A stretch of 64,000 nt of DNA from Dehalococcoidia bacterium (GTDB lineage: Bacteria; Chloroflexota; Dehalococcoidia; Lucifugimonadales; UBA1123): assembly GCA_021295915.1 (NCBI GenBank), contig JAGWBK010000013.1, positions 940 through 64,939 of the forward strand, in the 5' to 3' direction. Below, in pieces: positions 18,174 through 26,999 of the stretch. A program made the position numbers and the translations under genes. The notes beneath the pieces are model-generated. The model was not told the DNA's origin and did not search any database. It worked only from the letters and a program-made list of their open reading frames with translations. Position 1 is the stretch's first letter. Every line of letters begins with the position of its first letter.

Positions 18174-19307
18174 ATGAGGTTCGCAGCTTTCACGACCGTG
18201 GCGGGATCTGCGGGGGAGGCAACGAGCGCCGCGGAACACATCGATAACCTCAGGCAGCAGACCATCCTGGCCGAGGAGCTCGGATTCGAGGCCATGTGGC
18301 TCGGGGAACACCACTTCGGGCCGTATGGCGTCGGCGACATTCCCAATCCGATCCTGCTCGGAGCCGACCTTGCAGCCCGAACGTCCAGGATACGCATCGG
18401 GCAGATGGCCAACATCGCACCGTGGTGGCATCCGATCCGGCTTGCCGAGGACCTCGCGATCTTGGACAACATGACTGGGGGACGAGTTGAGGTCGGCTTC
18501 GGAAGAGGCATCTGGCCGTATGAGGGCCCGCAGTTTCATCCCAACGCCGACCCACGCAGGGACGCCGAGAACAGGGAGCTGTTCCAGGAGATAATCGAGA
18601 TCGTCAGGGAGATATGGGCCAACGAGTACTTCTCGTACAGCGGGACTAACTTCAGCTTCCCTGCCGAGGGCACCGTGTTCTCACATCCGAGTTATCCGTC
18701 CAATCCTGACTGGCAGGATGGCGATGTGGTAAGGAAGCTCCGGGTGACTCCGAGGCCATACCAGAAGCCGCACCCTCCGCTGTGGATGACCGTCTCCACG
18801 GACCGATCTGTTTCGTCCGCTGCCGAGCTTGGCCTGAAGGCGTGCTACTGGCAGCCTCCCCCTCTCAGGATCAGGCAGCGAATGGAACTCTACGCCCGTA
18901 TCAGGACGGAGCGCGAGGGCAGGCCGTTCGCCCTGGGAGAAGACCAGGCAGTCATGCGCTCCACGTATGTCGCCTCATCGATGGAGGAGGCGCGGCGTGA
19001 TGCTGAACAGGGAATCATGTCCGCGTTCATCTTCAACGATCCTTTCAGGGGCCGGCAGGTGTTCACAAACCCTGACGAGGTACTGGACGACGACGTGAAG
19101 CTGGACTGGGACTTCCTGGAGCCTCGCACTCTGCTAGTAGGCTCCCCCGAGAACGTGGTGGAGAGAATCCAGGAGCTTCAGGAGGTGTGCAACCTCGAGT
19201 ACCTGCTGGTCGAGTTCACGCACATGGGCATCCCGCTGAACAAGACGCTGAAGAACCTGGAGACATTTGCCACGAAGGTGATGCCGAAGTTCACGGGCGA
19301 CGACTGA
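18174..19307 (+). CDS. LLM-class (luciferase-like) flavin-dependent oxidoreductase
   Basis: LGFEAMWLGEHHFGPYG...RIRIGQMANIAPWWHPIRLAEDLAILD is a typical LLM N-terminus. Confidence 0.85.
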   Translation: MRFAAFTTVAGSAGEATSAAEHIDNLRQQTILAEELGFEAMWLGEHHFGPYGVGDIPNPILLGADLAARTSRIRIGQMANIAPWWHPIRLAEDLAILDNMTGGRVEVGFGRGIWPYEGPQFHPNADPRRDAENRELFQEIIEIVREIWANEYFSYSGTNFSFPAEGTVFSHPSYPSNPDWQDGDVVRKLRVTPRPYQKPHPPLWMTVSTDRSVSSAAELGLKACYWQPPPLRIRQRMELYARIRTEREGRPFALGEDQAVMRSTYVASSMEEARRDAEQGIMSAFIFNDPFRGRQVFTNPDEVLDDDVKLDWDFLEPRTLLVGSPENVVERIQELQEVCNLEYLLVEFTHMGIPLNKTLKNLETFATKVMPKFTGDD

Positions 19308-19324
19308 AGAACGGAGATCATCTA

Positions 19325-19720
19325 GTGAAGATCACGAGGAACAACCACGAGGACATCTACCCGGCAGGCCCGACCTATGTACGCGCCATTCGAGCGGGCG
19401 ACACGCTGTACGTCTCCGGCTGCACGGCGAGGAACTCAGATGCCGAGGGCGGCCCGATGGTGGAGCAACTGCGGGTGACGCTCGACCGCATCGTGCGAAT
19501 CGTCGAAGCTGAGGGCGGGACTGCCGCCAACATCGTGTCCATGACGACCTACACGACCGACATGACGCAGATGTGGCCCATCGAAGGCGCTCAGCTTGAG
19601 GTCTGGGAGCACTACTTCAAGGGCAACTGGCCCACCAACGCCTACGTGGAGATAACAGCCCTTGCGGATCCCGGACTGGACGTCGAGCTCACGGCCATTG
19701 CCGCACTGGGTGGAGACTAG
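19325..19720 (+). CDS. RidA/YjgF-family protein
   Basis: RAGDTLYVSGCTA...IVSMTTYTTD...PTNAYVEITALADPGLDVEL. GTG 19325 is preceded by GGAG; the ORF-track start at 19187 lies inside the LLM gene. Confidence 0.8.
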   Translation: MKITRNNHEDIYPAGPTYVRAIRAGDTLYVSGCTARNSDAEGGPMVEQLRVTLDRIVRIVEAEGGTAANIVSMTTYTTDMTQMWPIEGAQLEVWEHYFKGNWPTNAYVEITALADPGLDVELTAIAALGGD

Positions 19721-21081
19721 CGGCGGCCGAAGGAAGCCTGGCGCTCCCTGCCTTTCCGCCGGAATGAGTTCCAGGGCTTGAGGTCGAGTGGTCTGTTAAG
19801 CCCGCGCTCGATCTCGTCCCACTTCTTTTCCTCGTCGGCGGTGACGAATGTTATCGCCTCGCCGGTGCGCCCCATGCGGCCCGTACGACCTATCCTGTGC
19901 GCGAAGAGCAGCTCCGAGTCAGGCAAGTCGAAGTTGATGACGCGTCCGATGCCCTCGATGTCGAGGCCGCGGGCTGCGACATTTGTCGCCACCAGCACGG
20001 AAGTATCACCTGATCGGAAATCTTTCATCACCCGTTCACGCGCGTTCTGGCTCATGTTCCCCTGGAGGGCGCCCACGCTGTAGCCGGACGTTTCAAGCTG
20101 TCTCGCAAGCTTCTTGACGCCGCGCTTTGTGCGGCCAAACACGATAACGGGACCATCGTCATGTTCGTCGAGCAGTGTCCTGAGGGCGTCCATCTTGTTC
20201 TCTCGCCGGATCGAGTAGACCAGGTGATTCACGGTCGGCGCCGCCTTTAGATTGGCGTCCACCTCCACTGTGACGGGGCTGCTTAGGTGCTTCTTGGCAG
20301 TCTTTGCCACCCACTCTGGCATGGTTGCCGAGAAGAGCGCTGTCTGACGCTCGGAGGGTGTGCCCCTCAGGATGGCCTCGACGTCGTGTGCGAAGCCCCT
20401 GTCGAGCATCTCATCGGCCTCGTCCAGGACGAGCATCCTCACGGAATTCAGGTTGAGAGTCCCCTGCTTCAGGTGGTCAAGGGTACGCCCGGGAGTGCCA
20501 ACCACGATGTGCGGGCCTCTCCCCAGGGCCGAGTACTCAGGCTTGAGAGACCTCCCGCCGTACAGCAGCGTTACCCGCAGCCGGTGCGGAGAAGCCAGCG
20601 CTTCCATTACACCCGCGACCTGGATTGCCAGCTCCCTGGTGGGCACTAGCACGAGGCCCTGGATCTTCCGGTATGAACGATCGCACTGCTCCACCATCGG
20701 TATGGAGAAGGCCAGCGTTTTGCCCGAGCCGGTGCGCGCCTGACCGATCAGGTCGCGTCCCTCAAGAAGCTGCGGGATGGTCCTGGCCTGAATCGAGGTA
20801 GGTTCAGATATATCCATGGCGGCAATCGCCGACCTGGTGGCGTCGCTCATCGAGATCTGCGGGAACACGTGGCTCGCAGCGCTGGAAGCGGATTCGGTCT
20901 TTCGCTCTGCGGGTGTGATGTCGTCCCGCTGGTTCTTGAAGCAGTCGCGGCAGTACACAGGACGGTCGGGAGCGGGACGGAACGGAACGGTGTCAGACTT
21001 GCGGCAGTCTGCGCAGACGATGTCGTGACGCTGCCTGATACTGGAGCGTCGACGGCGAGTAGGTGAAGGTGCAGTGAGCAT
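19717..21081 (-). CDS. DEAD-box RNA helicase with N-terminal CxxC...CxxC zinc ribbon
   Basis: AQTGSGKT-type GQARTGSGKT, DEAD (VLDEAD), SAT and HRIGRTGR motifs, plus N-terminal CADCRK...CRDCF. An alternative longer start is at 21213; ATG 21081 has AAGGAAG upstream. Confidence 0.9.
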   Translation of the reverse strand: MLTAPSPTRRRRSSIRQRHDIVCADCRKSDTVPFRPAPDRPVYCRDCFKNQRDDITPAERKTESASSAASHVFPQISMSDATRSAIAAMDISEPTSIQARTIPQLLEGRDLIGQARTGSGKTLAFSIPMVEQCDRSYRKIQGLVLVPTRELAIQVAGVMEALASPHRLRVTLLYGGRSLKPEYSALGRGPHIVVGTPGRTLDHLKQGTLNLNSVRMLVLDEADEMLDRGFAHDVEAILRGTPSERQTALFSATMPEWVAKTAKKHLSSPVTVEVDANLKAAPTVNHLVYSIRRENKMDALRTLLDEHDDGPVIVFGRTKRGVKKLARQLETSGYSVGALQGNMSQNARERVMKDFRSGDTSVLVATNVAARGLDIEGIGRVINFDLPDSELLFAHRIGRTGRMGRTGEAITFVTADEEKKWDEIERGLNRPLDLKPWNSFRRKGRERQASFGRR

Positions 21082-21292
21082 ACGAGAAGTGTCTTCCTTA
21101 CGTTGATTGGCGTGAAATAGCAGCGTGGCAGGGGCCTGGGGAGGTGAGAAAGGGGGAAATGTCTGATGGACAGATGCCGCTGGATCCCGGGAGACCCGGT
21201 CCACTATGCCCAATTAGTCTAACAGACAACCCTTCTAAGATTCCAGTTTCCGATAGCACCCTTATCTGACAATTCTTCTCCGCAATAACTGT

Positions 21293-21688
21293 ATGTGCCC
21301 TGGCTCAGGCGTCTACAAGGCACCCTCAGTAGTCTGTAGACATAGCTGGTACAATGCGGGCGTGAATCGGTTCGGATACAACGTTGATGAAGTCGTTGCG
21401 ACGATTCGGTCTTCACACCCACAACGACACCATAGGTTCATCGACTCTCATGTGCGAAACCTTCTCGTAAGTGGGCCAACATTTATTCTCAAGGCGTATC
21501 GTTCAAAGACACGAACGATCTCCATACATCTATTGAAGCTCAGTGAAGCCCAACTCAACGCTGAAGCGGAACCCAGTCCGTACACTCTCGGCCTGGTGAG
21601 ATACTATGTACGTGAACTTGACCGTCTAAACGCCGAGTTGCGTATCCTTGAAGAAGCTATGTCTGGAGCGCAGATTCCGTACCTGTAA
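21293..21688 (+). CDS. hypothetical protein (AT-richer patch)
   Basis: ORF only, with no recognisable motif. The start is uncertain; GTG near 21362 is possible. Confidence 0.35.
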   Translation: MCPGSGVYKAPSVVCRHSWYNAGVNRFGYNVDEVVATIRSSHPQRHHRFIDSHVRNLLVSGPTFILKAYRSKTRTISIHLLKLSEAQLNAEAEPSPYTLGLVRYYVRELDRLNAELRILEEAMSGAQIPYL

Positions 21689-21732
21689 CACACAGTTGTC
21701 TCCGACAGGCATATCTTGGAGGGAGATTTGCA

Positions 21733-22068
21733 ATGAGCCTGAAGCCGGAATCACTCAGACCCATGGACATAGCTGCCCTGCGTCCATCTCTAACGGGTAG
21801 GGAGGGTACTGAGGCACTGGTGATAGTTCACGCGGCAATTGAAGAGCTTCAGGCAACTGCCGATCGGCTCACAGGGCCACTGCCAGAGCAGCAGAGAAAG
21901 CTGTCGACTGACGATGAGGCAGGTCTGATCGAACTCATCACCGATCTCAGAGACCTGTTTGAGCACGTCGGCGGGCACTGCGGCGAGGCGGCTGAAGCAC
22001 TTTGGAACGTAACAGAGCTGCTGGCAACTGAAGGCTCGGCAACTAAGCACAAGACCGCTGAGAACTGA
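21733..22068 (+). CDS. hypothetical acidic helical protein
   Basis: ORF with GGAGGGAG RBS upstream of ATG 21733; no recognisable motif. Confidence 0.45.
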   Translation: MSLKPESLRPMDIAALRPSLTGREGTEALVIVHAAIEELQATADRLTGPLPEQQRKLSTDDEAGLIELITDLRDLFEHVGGHCGEAAEALWNVTELLATEGSATKHKTAEN

Positions 22069-22099
22069 CCAAACTAAAGCAATCCCAGGAGACTGATAT

Positions 22100-22948
22100 A
22101 TGAGTGACCAGGGCTACGCCAGACCAGAGTTGCTGGCGACCACGGAGTGGCTTGCTGAGCATATAGACGACCCCAACGTCCGCGTGGTGGACTGCGATCC
22201 GTTCGACCCGTACCTGCGGGCGCACATCAAGAACGCTGTCGGCATCCGCGTGCACCACTACATCAAGCACCCGGACTATCCGTCGGCGCCGAAAGAGTAC
22301 CCTCTGGTCGCCGAGCCGGACGTGATGAAGGAACTGATGGAGAGCATGGGCATCGGCGACGACACTCTCGTCGTCGCGTACGACAACTCAGGCAGCCTGA
22401 ACTCGGCGCGCTTCTGGTGGGTGCTCAACTACTATGGGCACACCAACGTGAAGGTGCTCAACGGCGGCTGGAAGAAGTGGTTCGACGAAGGTCACCCAAC
22501 CTCGGTAGACCGGCCTCCGGACGTCGGAGAGGTCACGTTCACCCCGAAGACCGACGACTCGCTGGTCTGCACGCTCGACTACGGCGTCGGGCAGGTCGGC
22601 AACGACGACACGGTGTTCTGGGACGTGAGATCCGACGGTGAGTGGGACGGCTCAAACGACAGGGGCAACGCACGAGCAGGTCGGATACCGGGCGCCATTC
22701 ACCTGGAGTGGCTGAACCTTCTCACCGACGACCGCCACCGCATGTTCAAGCCCGCGTCCGAGCTGAGATCCATGCTCGATGCGATAGGAGTCACGCCCGA
22801 CAAGAACGTCGTCACCTATTGACAGGGCGGCATCCGTGCGGCGCACGGTGTGTTTACCCTGAGGCTCCTCGGCTTCGACAGGACGCGCAACTACGACGCC
22901 TCCATGGGCGAGTGGGCGAACCGTGAGGGCACGCCTCTGGAGAATTAG
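22100..22948 (+). CDS. two-domain rhodanese (thiosulfate/3-mercaptopyruvate sulfurtransferase) with in-frame TGA at the catalytic Cys position; candidate selenoprotein
   Basis: The ORF-track CDS stops at TGA 22820-22822 in ...DKNVVTY[TGA]QGGIRAAHGVFTLRLLGFDRTRNYDASMGEWANREGTPLEN, ending at TAG 22946-22948. The post-TGA codons encode the rest of the active-site loop and the conserved NYDxSxxEW tail. Confidence 0.7.
22830..22851 (+). promoter_or_regulatory. SECIS-like hairpin downstream of the in-frame UGA
   Basis: CCGTGC (22834-39), GGC loop, GCACGG (22843-48). The stem extends through A22832-T22849 and C22831-G22850 with T22833 bulged. The G-containing apical loop lies about 18 nt after the UGA. 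Confidence 0.5.
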
Positions 22949-23090
22949 GAATTGAGAATAGGGAATGGAGAAGTGCGCTCCATTAGAGGATAGCTGAACA
23001 CACCTCAGACACTGTCGTGAGTTCGTTGAGAAAGGTCTTAACTCCTCCACATTGCTAATTCACCATTCAACATTCACCATTCACAAATAG
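22943..23090. repeat. Rep-E inverted-repeat cassette, empty copy (E2)
   Basis: Left arm GAATTAGGAATTGAGAATAGGGAATGGAG. Right arm CTAATTCACCATTCAACATTCACCATTCACAAATAG. It contains the rhodanese stop codon and abuts ATG 23091. Confidence 0.75.
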
Positions 23091-24209
23091 ATGGGCTGGT
23101 CAATTCACCATCCGGTGGGCCTGATCCACCACTCGCCGATGTTCTCGTACAAGGGCTACACGCTCGTGTTCTCAAACGCGGGCAAGTTCGTCGCGCTGCT
23201 CGACATGGACGGTCGAGTGTGCCACAGGTGGGAGTACCACGAGGGCCTGACCTACGCGGTGCTGCTTCCGAACGGCAACCTGCTGGGGCGTACTCCCCCG
23301 CCGCCGGATTTCGAGCCGACACGCGGGCTCGGCGGCTCTGGCGGCTCGATTGTCGAGCTCGACTGGGACGGCGTGAAGGTCTGGGAATACCGCGATCCCT
23401 ACATGCACCACGACTACGAGAGGTCGCTCACCGGCAGCACGTACTACCTGCTGTGGGAGGAGATGCCCGCCGATCTGTCCACGCGAGTCCGGGGCGGATA
23501 CAGGACGCCTGAAGACCCTGTATTCATGCTGGGCGACGCGGTCCGCGAGGTCAACATGGACGGTGAGGCCGTCAACGAGTGGCGCGTGTGGGAGAACCTG
23601 TCGATCGAGAGCCAGGTGATCTGTCCGCTGGAAGGCAGGCGCGAGTGGACCCACGCCAACTCGATCCACGTGACCAGGTCTGGCGACTTCCTGCTTAGCT
23701 TCAGAAGCACAAGCAGCGTCGTTCGGGTGTCGCGAGAGACGGGTGAGATCACCTGGGAGTGGGGCGCAGGCGAGGTTAGCCACCAGCACCACGCCACCGA
23801 GTTGGAGTCCGGCAACATCCTGATCTTCGACAACGGCTCGCACTCCAGGAACAGGGCGGCGTCGCGCGTGATCGAGGTCAACCCTGACACGAACGAGATC
23901 GAGTGGACCTACGAGGGCAACCCGGCCGTATCATTCTTCAGCTCGTACATCAGCGGCGCCGACAGGCTCCCAAACGGCAACACGCTCATTTGCGAGGGTG
24001 CCCACGGTCGGCTGTTCGAGGTCACGCACCACGGCGAGATCGTGTGGGAGTTCATCAACCCGTTCTTCGCACCCGACAGAAGCGGCCGCAACCTGAGCAA
24101 CGCGATCTTCAGGGCACACCGCTACGCCCCCGAGTTCTCCGGCTTCACCGGCCGCGACCTCGACCCCGCCCGCTACGCCAACCTCAACCGGGTACTGGGA
24201 GTGAGGTAG
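23091..24209 (+). CDS. arylsulfotransferase (ASST)-like beta-propeller protein
   Basis: HHDYERS...THANSIHVTRSGDFLLSFRSTSSVVRVSRETGEITWEWG...HQHHATELESGNILIFDNG matches the Arylsulfotran_2-type pattern. Confidence 0.7.
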   Translation: MGWSIHHPVGLIHHSPMFSYKGYTLVFSNAGKFVALLDMDGRVCHRWEYHEGLTYAVLLPNGNLLGRTPPPPDFEPTRGLGGSGGSIVELDWDGVKVWEYRDPYMHHDYERSLTGSTYYLLWEEMPADLSTRVRGGYRTPEDPVFMLGDAVREVNMDGEAVNEWRVWENLSIESQVICPLEGRREWTHANSIHVTRSGDFLLSFRSTSSVVRVSRETGEITWEWGAGEVSHQHHATELESGNILIFDNGSHSRNRAASRVIEVNPDTNEIEWTYEGNPAVSFFSSYISGADRLPNGNTLICEGAHGRLFEVTHHGEIVWEFINPFFAPDRSGRNLSNAIFRAHRYAPEFSGFTGRDLDPARYANLNRVLGVR

Positions 24210-24236
24210 GGGTCTGCGCGCTTCTGACGACCTGCT

Positions 24237-26999
24237 TCAGTTCAGGAAGCCAGTCAGATAGTGAACGGCGGTGTGAATGAACTGGCTTCTGGTGATGCGA
24301 CCGTCACCAGAGAGGTAGTCATTCATGGCGTTGGCAGCCTCGAACCTGCTGATCCTGCCGTCACCGTCATCATCATAGGAAGTGCGCGGTGACGGCTGCA
24401 CGGGCACAGGGCTGACGATGTCGTCAGCATCCACCATCACATCGAACGAATAGACCCCTTCGCCGTCGGCTCCGACGGTATTGCCCGCCTCGTCCATTGC
24501 AGTGATCGACAACGCATGGTCTCCAGACGTCAGCCCTGAAGCCCTATACACGAAGACATTGCCAGCCTTATTGGGCTGCAGATCGTCAGTGATGTCGATA
24601 CCACCCAACGTGGCGGACACTATGGTCACCGAGCCGTGGGTGTCCTGGTAGTACTCTGAGGCCTCACCTGAGAAGTCGATGCTGATGAAGGCATTCGGAT
24701 CGTCGGTGCTGAATTCGTCCTGTACACCGGCCATGTGTGGGTCCACGTCAGGAGCGCGGAGGCTGGTGTCCCGCTCGAACAGGATGGCGCTGGTCTCCCC
24801 GTCCACGTCCACAGGTGCGCTGTTGTCGCCCCTGGAGCCCGCGTTGCCGCTGGAGCTGTCCCTGGTGGACACGTACACTGTGTACAGTCCGTCATCTGGT
24901 GGCTCGATGGTCGCGGTGTACTCGGTGGCCGACCTGACCGCCACCGATGCATCCTTCCTCTCTGTACCGAGAGTCTGCTCGCCGTTGGAGGACATGACCC
25001 TGCGGTATGAGACTGAAGGTGAGAATATGCTCTCGCTGGAGGTTATCGTCAGGTTGACTACGTCCCTGGTGACGGGACGATCCCCCTCGGTAACGGTCAC
25101 GGTCAGTGCGGGGGCAGTGCGGTCTTCGGATTCCCTGAACCTGCCGCCGCCCTGCCTGTTTCCAGCCATGTCAGAGACGCCTCCAACGAGCTCGACCCTC
25201 GGCCGAGCATCCGGCTCCATCTCATCAACTGCCAGGAAGACATAGCCCCTGTCGAGTCCGACATCTCTCACGCTGTCACCCGCAATGGCGCTGTTGCCGT
25301 CGCCGTTCTTGCTGTCGTCGCGCACGGTGACGTTGCGAACCTCGGCGGCTCTCGGCGCCTCACCGTCGACCTCGAAGTCGGCGGCGGTGACGGTCGCGCC
25401 ATCAAGGTGCTCGTTGAACACCACCAGCACACTCGTGGTGTCTGCCCTCGACGCTCGATATTCCGTCTTGTCGTCGGAGTCGCCCGTGTCGAGACTGGCG
25501 TCCCAGTGACGCCCTGTCTCGGCCCGGAGGAGTGATGGACTGGTGTCGTCGACGGTGACACTGGTCGGTTGGCTGTCTGAGCGCCCGACGTTCCCGGCAT
25601 TGTCCATCGCCTTGACCCACCACTCGATGACTGCGTCGCCAGTCGGAGCATAGGCTCCGGGTAGACTCTGGCTGATCTCGAAGCCACCCGGGATCTCATC
25701 AACGTCGCCGTCCGACGCGGGGACTAGCTCGACAGTCTGGCTGGTAGAGCCCTCGGTGACTCGGAACGTGACGAAGATGTTGTCTGCCACCAGCCCAGAC
25801 TCGCTGTCAGTGACCCGCGCTTTCACCTCGGGCCTGTCATCTCGCACCGCTGTGTTGTGCGCAGGGCTGAGATCTGAGAATAACGGCGGAGTCGACTCAA
25901 TCTGCAGCGTCCCGCTCGCGTCTCCCGCCGACAGTGTGATCGTGTCACGCGGATTGACCGGCAGGGTGGGCGGTGACGCGCCCGTATCGGCCGTTACCCG
26001 GTTGCCCCGCGAGTCCACCGGCGCGACGGTCGCGATCTCAACAACGAACTGACCCGAGACCGGCGTGGTCTCAGTCAGCACAACAGTCACGGGGCCTGGG
26101 CGGACCCTTGAGCGGACGGTCACCAGCGAACCGGTCTCGTTCCTCTCCTCGGCCCAGTACACGAGATAGGCGGTCTCGTTGGTATCCAGCCCAAGCGGGT
26201 TGCTGGTGGACGCACCTGGGACGTCCTCCAGTTCAATCCTGTCACCGGAGACGATGGCCACTGGAATGACTTCTGAATTGCTGCCGGAGACTCTCACCAC
26301 TAGCACGTCACCGGTGCCTATGGTGCCCGTACCGGAGCCGGAGAGACGGTCCAGCGCAGTGACACTGGTACCGGACACGCTTTCCGCAACGTCGCTGTCG
26401 GCGATGGGGTGTTGGGACATGAACCTTGAGACCCCGGTTGTCTCCCTGTAGCTGGCCTGGCCACCGTCTATCACCTCCGCCATCGCGTACGAGGAATAGT
26501 TCTCTTCCCAAACAGAGAGTTCCGCAACCGTGTCGTCGATGCGGAATATCGTCGCATTGGACATGCTCGTGGCGAATGGCTGGTCGAGCGTAACAGTGCT
26601 GTCGCTGTCTACGGACTCGACCTTACGAACGGTGTTCCGTCCGATCAGTACGTAGTCGCCCACACTCAGCGAGGACGTGACACCGGAACTGGCGTTGGTG
26701 ATCACAGCAGTGTGTGCGCCGACATCGCCCCTGCCGATTATCGTGGCATCGATGCCGGGTATCAGCACCCTCTTTATCGGCTGGTCCAGGTCGTTAGCGA
26801 TAAGCATCAGGCCCGCGCGGCCTCCCTGCCGAACCCACTCCTGGTCTTCGGGAGTGCTGTCGGAGAGGGTGCCGTCGGGGTTGATGTCGTCCGAGTCGAT
26901 GAAACGCACTCCGTCATCGGCGAACGCGGTCACGATGCTCAGCAGGGACAGGACCAGTGCCCCAGTTATCACCAGTGCAAACAACGCCTTGCGGTCCAT
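24237..26999 (-). CDS. large secreted/surface protein with repeated Ig-like beta domains and a C-terminal EF-hand/dockerin-like motif
   Basis: N-terminal signal/anchor (LFALVITGALVLSLLSIVTAFA), T/S/D/V-rich beta-repeat composition, and C-terminal DDDGDGRISRFEAANAMNDYLSGDGRITRSQ. Confidence 0.65.
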   Translation of the reverse strand: MDRKALFALVITGALVLSLLSIVTAFADDGVRFIDSDDINPDGTLSDSTPEDQEWVRQGGRAGLMLIANDLDQPIKRVLIPGIDATIIGRGDVGAHTAVITNASSGVTSSLSVGDYVLIGRNTVRKVESVDSDSTVTLDQPFATSMSNATIFRIDDTVAELSVWEENYSSYAMAEVIDGGQASYRETTGVSRFMSQHPIADSDVAESVSGTSVTALDRLSGSGTGTIGTGDVLVVRVSGSNSEVIPVAIVSGDRIELEDVPGASTSNPLGLDTNETAYLVYWAEERNETGSLVTVRSRVRPGPVTVVLTETTPVSGQFVVEIATVAPVDSRGNRVTADTGASPPTLPVNPRDTITLSAGDASGTLQIESTPPLFSDLSPAHNTAVRDDRPEVKARVTDSESGLVADNIFVTFRVTEGSTSQTVELVPASDGDVDEIPGGFEISQSLPGAYAPTGDAVIEWWVKAMDNAGNVGRSDSQPTSVTVDDTSPSLLRAETGRHWDASLDTGDSDDKTEYRASRADTTSVLVVFNEHLDGATVTAADFEVDGEAPRAAEVRNVTVRDDSKNGDGNSAIAGDSVRDVGLDRGYVFLAVDEMEPDARPRVELVGGVSDMAGNRQGGGRFRESEDRTAPALTVTVTEGDRPVTRDVVNLTITSSESIFSPSVSYRRVMSSNGEQTLGTERKDASVAVRSATEYTATIEPPDDGLYTVYVSTRDSSSGNAGSRGDNSAPVDVDGETSAILFERDTSLRAPDVDPHMAGVQDEFSTDDPNAFISIDFSGEASEYYQDTHGSVTIVSATLGGIDITDDLQPNKAGNVFVYRASGLTSGDHALSITAMDEAGNTVGADGEGVYSFDVMVDADDIVSPVPVQPSPRTSYDDDGDGRISRFEAANAMNDYLSGDGRITRSQFIHTAVHYLTGFLN

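Noticed and set aside
19187-19324. Longer RidA ORF starting inside the LLM gene.
   Set aside because: The 46 extra codons are out-of-frame LLM sequence. GTG 19325 has a GGAG RBS and gives a normal-length (131 aa) RidA.
24237-26999. Diversity-generating retroelement target, or a template/variable repeat pair, in the large Ig-repeat protein.
   Set aside because: There is no reverse transcriptase gene and no near-identical A-to-N substituted repeat pair anywhere in the window.
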